The notes: a model not told the origin generated them from the letters alone. Positions 1-9,226 are shown, numbered from the stretch's first letter. The stretch is DNA of 64,000 nt from an uncultured delta proteobacterium (GCA_963808235.1 CAWEEQ010000004.1:96001-160000), one strand, 5' to 3'. Numbers and translations are program-made.

Positions 1-83
1 ATCCTTGAAGCAGGAAGAAAAGGACTCTCGGGGCGCCGAGGCTAGCGAATAGAAAGGAGTGTCAGGCCTTGCTGCGTTATGAG

Positions 84-114
84 GAATCCCCCGATTCGGG
101 GGATTCTCTCTTTT
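84..114 (+). terminator. Intrinsic terminator hairpin
   Basis: GAATCCCCCG-ATT-CGGGGGATTC perfect 10-bp stem followed by TCTCTTTT; abuts the stop of the convergent 113..589 gene. Confidence 0.75.
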
Positions 115-589
115 AGAGATCGGCAGAGATTGGTGCGGCGAGGCGGTCCACCTTGGTCATCCACCGCGTCAGTCCATCGCGGACGTATTCAGCGTCGAGG
201 TCGACGTAGGCGCATAGGGAATCAAAACCAAGCGCGGAGCTCGAGTCGGGCGCGCCCATCCATTCGCGCACCATCGCGCGGGATTCGGGTCTCTGCTGGT
301 ACAGTCTCAGCAGCATAGACAAAAATGGAATGAACAGATGATGTTCGGCGGATCGATCGAAGAGCACCAGGCCTTCGTCATCGTTGAACCGCACTTCGGG
401 GCTATCGTAACCGGCATACTGAAGGCCGGAATCGATCCAAGCATTCTCCGCGCTCAAACTGGGGTGACCGTTGGAAGCCGGAAATCGTAACGGCGCGCCG
501 TATAGTCCGGATTCCCGTTTCTTATAGATAGTTCGCGGGGCCGGGAAGGCGCTCCGCGATTCCGATAATTTCCGGGTTCTTATTTGCAT
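113..589 (-). CDS. Uncharacterised small protein, paralog of 8751..9101
   Basis: C-terminal half AEHHLFIPFLSMLLRLY...VREWMGAPDSSSALGFDSLCAYVDLDAEYVRDGL aligns by eye with the 8751 protein; AAGGA RBS and sigma54 promoter upstream. Confidence 0.7.
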   Translation of the reverse strand: MQIRTRKLSESRSAFPAPRTIYKKRESGLYGAPLRFPASNGHPSLSAENAWIDSGLQYAGYDSPEVRFNDDEGLVLFDRSAEHHLFIPFLSMLLRLYQQRPESRAMVREWMGAPDSSSALGFDSLCAYVDLDAEYVRDGLTRWMTKVDRLAAPISADL

Positions 590-644
590 CGATCAAGTCC
601 TTGTCCCAAGTATCTCTCTACGCAGGAGGACTGAGTGGGAGTAG

Positions 645-660
645 AGCAACAGCTATGCCA
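645..660 (-). promoter_or_regulatory. sigma54 (-24/-12) promoter
   Basis: Minus strand TGGCAT-AGCTG-TTGCT, matches TGGCAC-N5-TTGCW, about 55 nt upstream of ATG 589. Confidence 0.75.
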
Positions 661-872
661 CCCGGGTTTCCTCGTCGTTCGGCGGCCTCACGTATCAAAC
701 ACAAGGCTTTCGCGCCTTCTACGCCCTACGAATGTCTTTGAAGTGACTAAGTTGGAATGGACCGTGTAAGAAAGGGAGGGTGGTGATCGGTAGTCAGCGA
801 TGTTGGCATCTAACTTGGATCACTAGTTCAAAGAGTCGCGAATTTCTGGAGGATAGAAATAGCTTCGCGCGA

Positions 873-2207
873 ATGGCAAAAGAACCGGTCATCGGCGGCG
901 CGAAGCAAGTCACGACGCTGAGATCGGCGTCGCCCCATCTCCCCAGACTGACATCGAAACTGTTTCGCGTGCTTGGAAACTTCGGTCCCGGAATCGTGAC
1001 CGGCGCTTCCGACGACGACCCCAGCGGCATCGCGACGTACTCGCAGGTCGGCGCCCAGTTCGGCTTTTCGATGCTCTGGACGATGATTCTTACCTATCCG
1101 CTGATGGCGGCAATTCAGGAAATCAGCGCATGGATCGGGCGAGTGACCGGAGTCGGCATTGCAGGCAACATCCGCCGTCACTACGCGCCGATCGTGCTCT
1201 ACCCGCTAGTCGGGCTCTTGCTGTTGGCCAATGTGATCAATCTTGGCGCCGACATCGGCGCGATGGGTAGTGCGCTGCAATTGTTGGTCGGCGGATCGGC
1301 GCTATTCTATTCGGTCGAGTTCGGAATCATTTCGGTAATCGCGGCGATCTTTGTGCCGTACGGCCGATACGCACAATTGTTGAAGTGGTCGACGCTCGTG
1401 CTGTTTGTGTACGTAGCAACTGCATTAGTGGTCCACGTTCCATGGAAACCTGTGTTGATGGGAACGTTCATTCCTTCGATCTCATTTTCGAATAGCTACT
1501 TGACTGCGCTGACCGCGGTTTTCGGTACTACGATTAGTCCATATTTGTTTTTCTGGCAGGCGTCGCAGGAAGTCCAGGAACAAAAGGCTGCAATCGGCGA
1601 GATGCCACTGAAGCGCGCTCCAGAGCAGGCAGCGGCGCAACTCAATCCAATGCGGGCCGACACATACCTGGGCATGGCATTTTCCAACGTGATCGCTTTC
1701 TTCATCATCCTGGATACGGCGGCGGTGCTGCATACTCACGGAATCACCGACATTCAAACCGGCGCGCAGGCTGCGGAGGCATTGCGGCCGCTGGCCGGCG
1801 AGCTCACGTTTCTGCTTTTCAGTTTGGGCATCGTAGGAACCGGGTTGCTCGCTATTCCGGTTCTGGCCGGCTCCGCGGCGTACGCGATGGCCGAGGCCCT
1901 GAACTGGCCGATCGGGCTCGACCGCAAACTGCATAGGGCCAAAGGTTTCTATGGAATTTTAGGCGGAGCGACACTGCTCGGCGTGGCCATGAATTTCGGC
2001 TCAATCAATCCGATCAAGGCGCTCTTCTGGAGTGCCGTAATCAATGGAGTCGCCGCCGTTCCGATCATGGTGATCATGATGATGATGACCAGCAATCCGA
2101 AGGTGACTGGCGCGGTCAAGCTTCCCAAACCGCAAAAGATAGTTGGATGGATCGCGACCGGGATCATGCTGGTGGTGGCCGCCGGCATGATCGCAAGTCT
2201 GTGCTAG
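873..2207 (+). CDS. Nramp-family divalent metal cation transporter
   Basis: GPGIVTGASDDDPSGIATYSQVGAQFG and GTTISPYLFFWQ motifs, many TM helices; start at ATG 873 preferred over 780. Confidence 0.9.
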   Translation: MAKEPVIGGAKQVTTLRSASPHLPRLTSKLFRVLGNFGPGIVTGASDDDPSGIATYSQVGAQFGFSMLWTMILTYPLMAAIQEISAWIGRVTGVGIAGNIRRHYAPIVLYPLVGLLLLANVINLGADIGAMGSALQLLVGGSALFYSVEFGIISVIAAIFVPYGRYAQLLKWSTLVLFVYVATALVVHVPWKPVLMGTFIPSISFSNSYLTALTAVFGTTISPYLFFWQASQEVQEQKAAIGEMPLKRAPEQAAAQLNPMRADTYLGMAFSNVIAFFIILDTAAVLHTHGITDIQTGAQAAEALRPLAGELTFLLFSLGIVGTGLLAIPVLAGSAAYAMAEALNWPIGLDRKLHRAKGFYGILGGATLLGVAMNFGSINPIKALFWSAVINGVAAVPIMVIMMMMTSNPKVTGAVKLPKPQKIVGWIATGIMLVVAAGMIASLC

Positions 2208-2389
2208 ATGTCGGCCGACCTTGGCGCAAGCCCGGATTAGTCAGATCTCCTCGCACAGACCGAACCGCCTATGAACTCGGTAAGATCGTGGTCCAACAAT
2301 TGTGAGAAGCCCAAGCGCCACCACTTCAAAGATCTCGATTCTCGTAAGCACGATTGCACTCACGAGTCCGAACCGGAATTGATCGCCTC

Positions 2390-2405
2390 TGGCACTTCGC
2401 TTGCT
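2390..2405 (+). promoter_or_regulatory. sigma54 (-24/-12) promoter
   Basis: TGGCAC-TTCGC-TTGCT, exact consensus, about 50 nt upstream of AGGAG RBS and ATG 2457. Confidence 0.8.
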
Positions 2406-2456
2406 TTAGTAGTCGGGCACCGAGACGCATCTCGATATGCCCGAACAGGAGAAATC

Positions 2457-3056
2457 ATGATGATCAGGAAAATAGTGCCAGTCGGGCTTATTGCGGCCGC
2501 GTTCGCGATCCCCGTTTGGGCGCACTCCGCCGATGACGCCGCCTCGCTGCTGAACAAAGCGAACCAGATGAACTACGAGGAGCAGGAGACCGCTAAGGTC
2601 GCGCACTCGAAGGCAGGAGACAATCAAGCGCTGCTGACTTATGCCGACACGATCAGAGGCGACCACGAAGCCAACGAGGAAGCGGTGTCCGCACTCTCCC
2701 GGCAAAAGAGCATCAAGCTCGAAGGGACCAACGCCGACAAGGTGAACAACGATCCGATAAAGAACCTGAGCGGTGGCGCGTTCAACGACGCCTACCTGGA
2801 CGATCAGATCAAAGGTCACAAGGAGGCGCTCGCAATGTTCAAGAGCGCGGAGGGCAGCTATCGATCGGATCCGGACATGGAGCTCTACATTCAGCAGACG
2901 CTCCCGGTACTCCAGGCGCATCTGAAAATGGCGGAGAACCTGCGCCATCACGTCTCGCCGATGAGTGCCGAAGATCCATCCAACAACAAGAGCACGACCA
3001 GCGGGATGGGAGAGAGCTCTGAAAAGACGCCGAACAACGAGACCACATCGCGCTAG
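2457..3056 (+). CDS. Secreted DUF4142 (ferritin-like fold) protein
   Basis: Signal peptide; LSGGAFNDAYLDDQIKGHKEAL and QTLPVLQAHLKMAE motifs typical of DUF4142. Confidence 0.85.
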   Translation: MMIRKIVPVGLIAAAFAIPVWAHSADDAASLLNKANQMNYEEQETAKVAHSKAGDNQALLTYADTIRGDHEANEEAVSALSRQKSIKLEGTNADKVNNDPIKNLSGGAFNDAYLDDQIKGHKEALAMFKSAEGSYRSDPDMELYIQQTLPVLQAHLKMAENLRHHVSPMSAEDPSNNKSTTSGMGESSEKTPNNETTSR

Positions 3057-3078
3057 GGCGAGACTACAAAACGACGCG

Positions 3079-3672
3079 GTGCGAGACTCCCTCGCGACGT
3101 GGAGTCTCGGCGCCGCGATTGCCGCGGTATTCATTTTCGGCACGCTCTTGAATCAAAGCGTCGAGTCGGCGATCGAGCCCGCTCTTCAGATTGCGCCTCC
3201 CTTCGAGGGTCTGCGCCTTTCGGATCTTCACGACAGTTTCGACGAGATGCACTTTGGACATCGTCACGAGGCGATTGACATCATGGAGCCTCGCGGCACG
3301 CCGATTCATGCGGTCGACGACGGCACAATTCGGAAGTTGTTTCTGAGCCGCGCTGGCGGCATCACGGTATACGAATTCGATATGGCCGGTTCGTACTGTT
3401 TCTACTACGCGCACCTGGATCATTATGCGGACGATCTGCGTGAAGGAATGCCGGTGGCGCGCGGCCGGGTAATCGGGTTCGTCGGGACAACCGGCGACGC
3501 TCGGCCGGATGCGCCCCAGCTCCACTTCGCGATCTTTCGACTGGGTAACGACGCAGTCTGGTGGAAGGGAACGCCGATCAATCCGTATCCAATTCTCGTG
3601 GATGCGTTAAAGAGAGAATCATCCGCGGATACCGCGAATAGTCATGATAGTAGTAAGGTGAATAGTAACTGA
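3079..3672 (+). CDS. M23 family metallopeptidase
   Basis: HEAIDI (HxxxD), YYAHL, IGFVGTTG, PQLHF, PINPY; N-terminal TM segment; GTG start inferred. Confidence 0.85.
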   Translation: MRDSLATWSLGAAIAAVFIFGTLLNQSVESAIEPALQIAPPFEGLRLSDLHDSFDEMHFGHRHEAIDIMEPRGTPIHAVDDGTIRKLFLSRAGGITVYEFDMAGSYCFYYAHLDHYADDLREGMPVARGRVIGFVGTTGDARPDAPQLHFAIFRLGNDAVWWKGTPINPYPILVDALKRESSADTANSHDSSKVNSN

Positions 3673-3694
3673 CTAGTCGTTGCGATAGTCAGAA

Positions 3695-4066
3695 TCAGGC
3701 GCAGTGCTTCGCGATAGTAGCGAGGAGACGATCGATGTCCACGGGCTTGCGCAGAACGGTGTCGGCGTCGATTGGTTTTGCCACGCTCGAGGCCGACACG
3801 ACCACGACCGGGATATTGGCTATCCGCGGATCGCTCTTTTGACGACGGCGAAATTCCCACCCATCCATGGTGGGCATCAGAAGATCGAGCACGATCATCT
3901 GTGGAAGAGGCGATCGTCCGAGCATCTCCAGGGCTTCCGCCCCGTTTCGGGCGCTGGAAACCGCATAGCCGTGCAGTCCGAGCAGATCGCTGAGGGCTTC
4001 GAGGGCGTCGGGATCGTCTTCAACTACCAGGATGACAGGCCGCGTGCCCACGGATTCATTTACCAT
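3695..4066 (-). CDS. Single-domain response regulator (REC)
   Basis: ILVVEDD, LDLLMPTMDG, KPVD receiver motifs. Confidence 0.9.
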   Translation of the reverse strand: MVNESVGTRPVILVVEDDPDALEALSDLLGLHGYAVSSARNGAEALEMLGRSPLPQMIVLDLLMPTMDGWEFRRRQKSDPRIANIPVVVVSASSVAKPIDADTVLRKPVDIDRLLATIAKHCA

Positions 4067-4350
4067 TTCCGAGTCGCCTTCAATATCTCAAACAAAGCTG
4101 GAATCTTTGCCAAGTCTTCGAGGGATCGGTTGGGGTCGGCGCTGGCGGGACTCAACTTGTGGGACCGTTCTCGCAAGTAATGGTAGCTCCAAAAGCCCAG
4201 CCGCTCAACTTCGGGATTCCCGGCGATCGATTGGGCCGCGGCCGAAGTCGAGTCTTCCTCGATTCGATAATCATTCGCGTTCGAATTGTCGAAAACTTGT
4301 ACATCACGCAGAGACTGTTTCCAGGGATTTATACCACCTAAGTCTCGCAT
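4060..4350 (-). CDS. Hypothetical protein
   Basis: 96-aa ORF filling the gap between ligD and the REC gene on the same strand, overlapping the REC start; no recognisable motif. Confidence 0.3.
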   Translation of the reverse strand: MRDLGGINPWKQSLRDVQVFDNSNANDYRIEEDSTSAAAQSIAGNPEVERLGFWSYHYLRERSHKLSPASADPNRSLEDLAKIPALFEILKATRKW

Positions 4351-4366
4351 AGCGTACGCGCGGACG

Positions 4367-7072
4367 TCAGGCTGAACTGTTCATCCCCAGGCGCGGAGTG
4401 TTCAGGAGAGCTTCGAGCTGGCCCAGCGCGTTTTCGAGGTCGGCGTGTCTTTCGATCGCGTCGAGGAATGGATCGCGCTTGAGCCGGGTCATCCGGGGCG
4501 CGATGGTTTTAATGTTGTAAATCGACGGGTCCAGCGCCGGCTTGAGTTCGGTCCACTTCATCGGCGCGGAGACCGGCGCACCTTCGAGCGGACGCACGGA
4601 GAACGGCGCAGCGATGGTTTTGCCGTGGCCGAGTTGCAGGTAGTCGATATAGACGCGGCCCTGACGCGAGCGCGGGTTTCGATTGATGGTCGCAATTTTC
4701 GGAATTCGCCGCACCACGATTTCCGCGACCAGTTCGGAGAACATCTTCGCCTGCGCGTAGGTGTATTTTGGCGCCAATCCGACCACCACGTGGAGGCCCA
4801 TCTGGCCCGAGGTCTTGAGGCACGGCTCCAGACCCACCTCGCGCAGAACCGCGGCGGTCTCGCGCGCGACCTGCACCGCGAATCGCGTCGTTGATCCTTT
4901 CGGATCGATGTCGAACAAAAGCCAGTCCGGGCGCTCCAGATGTGTGATGCGCGACGACCAGATGTGAATGGTGATCGCGGCAAGATTTGCGATGTATGCC
5001 AGCGCCTCTTCGCTGTCGAGGATGAAGTAGCCGATCTCGCGCTTCGAATCTTCCGACCAAATTTTTTCAATACGAAGCCACGAGGGCGCAAATGCGGGCG
5101 CGTCCTTTTGATAGAACATCTTACCCGCGATACCGTCGGGATAACGGGTGAGCATCACCGGACGATCCTTGAGATAGGGGAGCATCCACTTCGAAATCGT
5201 GCGGTAGTACGTGACCAGGTCGCCTTTGGTATAGCTATCTTTGGGAAAAAAGATTTTGTCGGGATTTGTTACGGTCGCGATATCCGTGGCTGAGCGGTTA
5301 CTCTCAATCGAGTTGGTAGGTGAGTGAGTATTCGAATTGTTATTCGAGCCGGTATCATCGCCGGAGCCGGCGGCTTGCCTGATAGCTACTCCGCGATCGC
5401 CCGCATGTTCCTGCGCTGAGCGATCGGCTGTCGCGGGCGAGTCGAAATCGCGCGCGGGTCCCTCGTAGCTACATTCGCGCGGGTCGGTATCTTTGACGAG
5501 GCCCAGGAAACTGGGCTGCCTGATACCTCCGCCGTTCGTCCACTCCGTGAATCTGACTTCGCAGACCAGGTCGGGCCGCACGAAATGCACGTTTTTCCCC
5601 GGTGTGGGCTCGTCGCGGGCGGCCTTGCGAAATGGCGACGTCGATTGCACGCGCTCCTCGAGCATCGCGCCGATCTTGCGGAGCGTATCCTGATTGAAAC
5701 CGGTGCCGACCTTGTCGGTGTAGCGCAGTGCGCCGTCGGATTCATATTGGCCGAGCAGCAAGGCGCCGAAATGAGTGCGCGTTCCTTCCGGGTCAGTGTA
5801 GCCGCCAATCACGAATCGGCGAGTGAGCGGGCATTTGATCTTGAGCCAATCACCGCTGCGCGCGCCGCGATAAGGCGAGTCGCGCAGTTTGCCGACGATT
5901 CCCTCAAGAGCCTTTTCGGAGACCGCCGCGTAGAAATCTTTTCCTCGCTCGACGACGTGATCGCAATATCGGACCGGACCTTCGCCCAGGATTAGCGCGC
6001 TCAAGTTGCGCTTGCGCTCTTCGAGCGGCAGGGTTCGCGTGTCGAAACGATCGAAGGCGAGCAAGTCGAAAACAAAGTAGCGGACCGGAACGGCGAAACT
6101 TAAGCGCGCGATCTGACGCGGATCCTTCACGTGCATCCTGCGCTGGAGCAATTGAAAGCTCGGACGGCCATCGTCGTCCTGAGCTACGATTTCGCCGTCG
6201 AGGACGAATCGTTCGTAAGGAAGAGAATTCAAAGCGAGGATCACTTCCGGATAGCGCGCGGTAATGTCGGTGCCGCTGCGCGCGTAAAGATGCGCAGTTG
6301 CGCCGTCGCGAATAGCGACCGCGCGCACGCCGTCGTACTTGAGTTCGAACAGCCATCGCGGGCTGTCAAAGGAGTCGCCGCCAAGCTTGGCGAGCATCAG
6401 CTGAAAATCGGCGCGCTTCAGCGTTCCCGCGTGCTCCGGAAGTTTTGCACGCGCGAGCCGCTCGATAACTTTCTCGCCGACCGAGTGCGTATCGCGCATC
6501 TCCTCGATGGTCAGGCCCGACAGCACCGAGCGGGGATGCTCCTCGAGGACGTCGGAGCTGGTCGCGTATTGGTCGCGCTTCTTTATGAGCAACCAGTTCT
6601 GCTTGTCTTTCGGGGTGGTGCCGGGGCGTCCTCCAGTCCGCACCAGCGTGAAAGCGCCGTTAAGTTTGAAACCGTGGAGTTCGATATCCACTTTGCCTTT
6701 GCGTATCGCATTCGCGGCGTCACCCTCGCCCTCGAGGACTTTGTACACGCCGCGATCCCAGACGATAACCGCGCCGGCGCCGTAGTTGCCCTCTGGGATG
6801 AGGCCTTCGAAGTCGCCGTATTCGAGCGGATGATCTTCGACCGCAACCGCCAGGTGTTTATCGGCCGGATTGAGAGTGACGCCCTTGGGGACGGCCCACG
6901 AGCGGAGCACGCCCTCCATCTCGAGGCGGAAATCGTAGTGGAGTCGGCGCGCGGCGTGTTTCTGGATGACGAAGATTCCGCCGCTGGCAGGGTGCCCGGT
7001 CGCGACGGTCTGTCCGAACGGCTCGGGGGTGCGCTCAGCGTGTCGTTTTTCGCGATATTTGGTTAGGGGCAT
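4367..7072 (-). CDS. ligD: NHEJ DNA ligase D (phosphoesterase-ligase-polymerase order)
   Basis: QKHAARRLHYDFRLE (PE), ELKYDGVR and EGIVGK (ligase), TNPDKIFFP, RYPDGI, DIDP, KTSG (primase-polymerase). Confidence 0.97.
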   Translation of the reverse strand: MPLTKYREKRHAERTPEPFGQTVATGHPASGGIFVIQKHAARRLHYDFRLEMEGVLRSWAVPKGVTLNPADKHLAVAVEDHPLEYGDFEGLIPEGNYGAGAVIVWDRGVYKVLEGEGDAANAIRKGKVDIELHGFKLNGAFTLVRTGGRPGTTPKDKQNWLLIKKRDQYATSSDVLEEHPRSVLSGLTIEEMRDTHSVGEKVIERLARAKLPEHAGTLKRADFQLMLAKLGGDSFDSPRWLFELKYDGVRAVAIRDGATAHLYARSGTDITARYPEVILALNSLPYERFVLDGEIVAQDDDGRPSFQLLQRRMHVKDPRQIARLSFAVPVRYFVFDLLAFDRFDTRTLPLEERKRNLSALILGEGPVRYCDHVVERGKDFYAAVSEKALEGIVGKLRDSPYRGARSGDWLKIKCPLTRRFVIGGYTDPEGTRTHFGALLLGQYESDGALRYTDKVGTGFNQDTLRKIGAMLEERVQSTSPFRKAARDEPTPGKNVHFVRPDLVCEVRFTEWTNGGGIRQPSFLGLVKDTDPRECSYEGPARDFDSPATADRSAQEHAGDRGVAIRQAAGSGDDTGSNNNSNTHSPTNSIESNRSATDIATVTNPDKIFFPKDSYTKGDLVTYYRTISKWMLPYLKDRPVMLTRYPDGIAGKMFYQKDAPAFAPSWLRIEKIWSEDSKREIGYFILDSEEALAYIANLAAITIHIWSSRITHLERPDWLLFDIDPKGSTTRFAVQVARETAAVLREVGLEPCLKTSGQMGLHVVVGLAPKYTYAQAKMFSELVAEIVVRRIPKIATINRNPRSRQGRVYIDYLQLGHGKTIAAPFSVRPLEGAPVSAPMKWTELKPALDPSIYNIKTIAPRMTRLKRDPFLDAIERHADLENALGQLEALLNTPRLGMNSSA

Positions 7073-7243
7073 TGGAGGGGAAATGCGGATCGGTAGTGAT
7101 CTAATTTGGTTTGAAAGTCTAGTCTACCAGACCGTCATCGAGCGATCTGAGAGTCGAGGTGGTGTGCGTAGATCTTAGAGGCAGAGTTGGCATTGCCTGG
7201 TGCCGCAAATCTGCAAGGTGTGCTGCTGCCAAGCGCCGAGAAA

Positions 7244-7277
7244 GATCCGGGGTTCCTCGGCTTCGCTCGGAATGACA
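7244..7277 (-). repeat. REP-like intergenic element (GTCAT type)
   Basis: Minus strand TGTCATTCCGAGCGAAGCCGAGGAACCCCGGATC, resembles GTCAT-headed extragenic palindromic repeats; single copy in window. Confidence 0.45.
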
Positions 7278-7306
7278 CAAAAAAAGACGGCGGAGCAGAG
7301 GCGGGC

Positions 7307-7345
7307 GACCTAACCCTGGCCCCTTTCCCTTGAAGGACGGGGAAC
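7307..7345 (+). repeat. REP-like hairpin repeat, copy A
   Basis: GACCTAACCCTGGCCCCTTTCCCTTGAAGGACGGGGAAC, closely similar to the reverse complement of 39699..39737. Confidence 0.7.
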
Positions 7346-7399
7346 CGCGTCGCACTTGGTCGATTCGGCAATTCGGATCGTGCTTGCTTTGGGCGTGAA

Positions 7400-7436
7400 C
7401 CTCTCCCTAACCCTCTCCTTGGACAAGGAGAGGGGA
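7400..7436 (+). repeat. REP-like hairpin repeat, copy B (may double as ku terminator)
   Basis: CCCTAA followed by CCCTCTCCTTG-GA-CAAGGAGAGGG perfect stem. Confidence 0.65.
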
Positions 7437-7461
7437 AAGCGTTGGGCAACTCGGCGATCGG

Positions 7462-8352
7462 CTAGCGGGCGCTGCGGGAGCGCGCTCGTTTTGGCTGGGA
7501 CTTGCGTTCCTCAGTCGCCTGGCGTTCCGCTTTGGACGATTTTGCGGATTCCTCTTTGCCCTCGGCGTTGAAGGCGACGCCGCGCTTTTCCAGCGAGGCT
7601 TTCAGCGCGCTCATCAGGTCGATCACGTTGCCGCGGCGAGCTTCCGGGGTGGGCTCGGAGATCTCGTGCCCGGCGAGTTTCTGCTCAGCCGCCTCGATTA
7701 CGCGCTCGCGATAGTTGTCCTTGTATTTCGAAGGCTCGAATTTCTTCCTGGTGAGGTCGGCGAGCAGGCGCTCCGCCAGCGCGAGTTCCGAATCTTTGAC
7801 CGCGGCGTCGGCTCCATGATCGATCTCTTTGAATGTTCGAATCTCATCTTCGTAGTACATCGTATGCAGCATCAGGCCGTCATCATGCGGCCGGATGAGC
7901 ACCAAGCGTTCCTTGCCACGCATCGTGAATTTGGCGAGTCCGACCCGGCCCGCTTTGGCCATCGCTTCCTTCAGCAGATGGTAGGCTTTCGCCGAAATCG
8001 GTTCGCATCCGAGCAGATACGAATTCTCGAAATAGACTGGATCGACTTCGGTGACCGGAATGAACTCCTCTATTTCAATTGCGCGATCAGCCTGCGCCTC
8101 GAGCTTCTTCAATTCCTCGTCAGTGAAGGTTACGTAGCGGCCCTTCTCGATCTCGTAGCCGCGGACCAGCTCGCTGCGGTCAATAATCTTTTCTTCCACC
8201 GGGCAGAAAATCTTTTCCTGGATCCGGCTCTTGTCCTTATCGTGGAGCAGGTTGAAGCGGACCGATTTCGAGCTGGTCGCCGGAAACAAACGGACCGGGA
8301 TCGAAACCAGGCCGAAGGTGAGACTTGCAGTCGATATCGAACGAGCAGGCAT
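7462..8352 (-). CDS. ku: NHEJ DNA end-binding protein Ku
   Basis: LTFGLVSIPVRLF, FEPSKYKDNYRE, NVIDLMSALKASL, basic tail; GGAGG RBS before ATG 8352. Confidence 0.97.
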   Translation of the reverse strand: MPARSISTASLTFGLVSIPVRLFPATSSKSVRFNLLHDKDKSRIQEKIFCPVEEKIIDRSELVRGYEIEKGRYVTFTDEELKKLEAQADRAIEIEEFIPVTEVDPVYFENSYLLGCEPISAKAYHLLKEAMAKAGRVGLAKFTMRGKERLVLIRPHDDGLMLHTMYYEDEIRTFKEIDHGADAAVKDSELALAERLLADLTRKKFEPSKYKDNYRERVIEAAEQKLAGHEISEPTPEARRGNVIDLMSALKASLEKRGVAFNAEGKEESAKSSKAERQATEERKSQPKRARSRSAR

Positions 8353-8457
8353 CGCTGTAACCTCCAGGAATTCGGGGGGCCATATTACACCGGCGTTTTG
8401 CCGCGCAATAGTACCATCAACCGCCCATGGAGGGGTTATTGACGATATCAACCACGA

Positions 8458-8473
8458 GGCAATCGTCATGCCA
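8458..8473 (-). promoter_or_regulatory. sigma54 (-24/-12) promoter of ku
   Basis: Minus strand TGGCAT-GACGA-TTGCC about 105 nt upstream of the ku ATG. Confidence 0.7.
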
Positions 8474-8577
8474 TCGGCGAAGATTTGGCCTCCATATCGT
8501 GGCCTAGCGGGGTCGACGATAACGCACGTCGCGATAGATTGGTCGCTCGACAAGCCTGAATAATTTTCACTATGGGC

Positions 8578-8596
8578 AATCGCGATCGTCGCGATT
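8578..8596. promoter_or_regulatory. Inverted repeat, candidate activator (bEBP) binding site
   Basis: AATCGCGA-TCG-TCGCGATT between two divergent sigma54 promoters. Confidence 0.35.
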
Positions 8597-8653
8597 TGTA
8601 GCTCGCGGAACGAGATTCTCTAAACTTTTCCGACAGATTTTTGAGCAAATCGT

Positions 8654-8669
8654 TGGCAGCGGTCTTGCT
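8654..8669 (+). promoter_or_regulatory. sigma54 (-24/-12) promoter
   Basis: TTGGCAG-CGGTC-TTGCT about 80 nt upstream of GAGGG RBS and ATG 8751. Confidence 0.7.
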
Positions 8670-8750
8670 TCACACTAAGCCGAGCGACGCAGAGACGATC
8701 AGTCGCCACTCTTCCCGAGGGGAACCAGAAACGACCGTTGAGGGACTAAC

Positions 8751-9101
8751 ATGAACGTAGAAATAGCCAACGAACTGCCGAACATATTTCAGGGGTCCGA
8801 TATCCTGCCGGTCCAATACAATGACCTGTTCCGTCGGGGCACTCAGACGGCGGACGCCGAGCGGCGCCTTCTCTTCGCCCTTCTCGAGGACGGCATCCGC
8901 TGCTACTTGAGGTATCGCGATGCCGAGCGGAACTCGCCCCAGCGGCTCGAATTTCTCGAAGCTTCGAACTGGATCAATTCCAACGACGACGATGGACCGT
9001 TCGCCTTCGTAAACGTTTGCGAGGCGCTCGGTATCGACCCGAGCCATCTGCGCTACGGCGTGCATAAGCACGTTGGACAGCTCGAGGAGATCCGCATCTA
9101 A
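8751..9101 (+). CDS. Uncharacterised small helical protein, paralog of 113..589
   Basis: AERRLLFALLEDGIRCY...EASNWINSNDDDGPFAFVNVCEALGIDPSHLRYGV; clear RBS, promoter and downstream hairpin. Confidence 0.85.
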   Translation: MNVEIANELPNIFQGSDILPVQYNDLFRRGTQTADAERRLLFALLEDGIRCYLRYRDAERNSPQRLEFLEASNWINSNDDDGPFAFVNVCEALGIDPSHLRYGVHKHVGQLEEIRI

Positions 9102-9187
9102 GCCGATCGATCTCGGCACCACTTTGCATACATCTTACGCCGGGTAACCCTGCACCACCAATCCTGCACCCGGACACCTGGCGTGGG

Positions 9188-9226
9188 AAAAGAGAGGCGT
9201 TGGCTAAATCAGCCAGCGCCTTTCTC
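9188..9226. terminator. Probable bidirectional terminator
   Basis: AGGCGTTGGCT-AAATC-AGCCAGCGCCT stem flanked by A-rich and T-rich runs, between convergent genes. Confidence 0.65.

Noticed and set aside
9113-9129. sigma54-like CGGCACCACTTTGCA
   Set aside because: GG-to-GC spacing is 9, not 10, and no gene follows in that orientation
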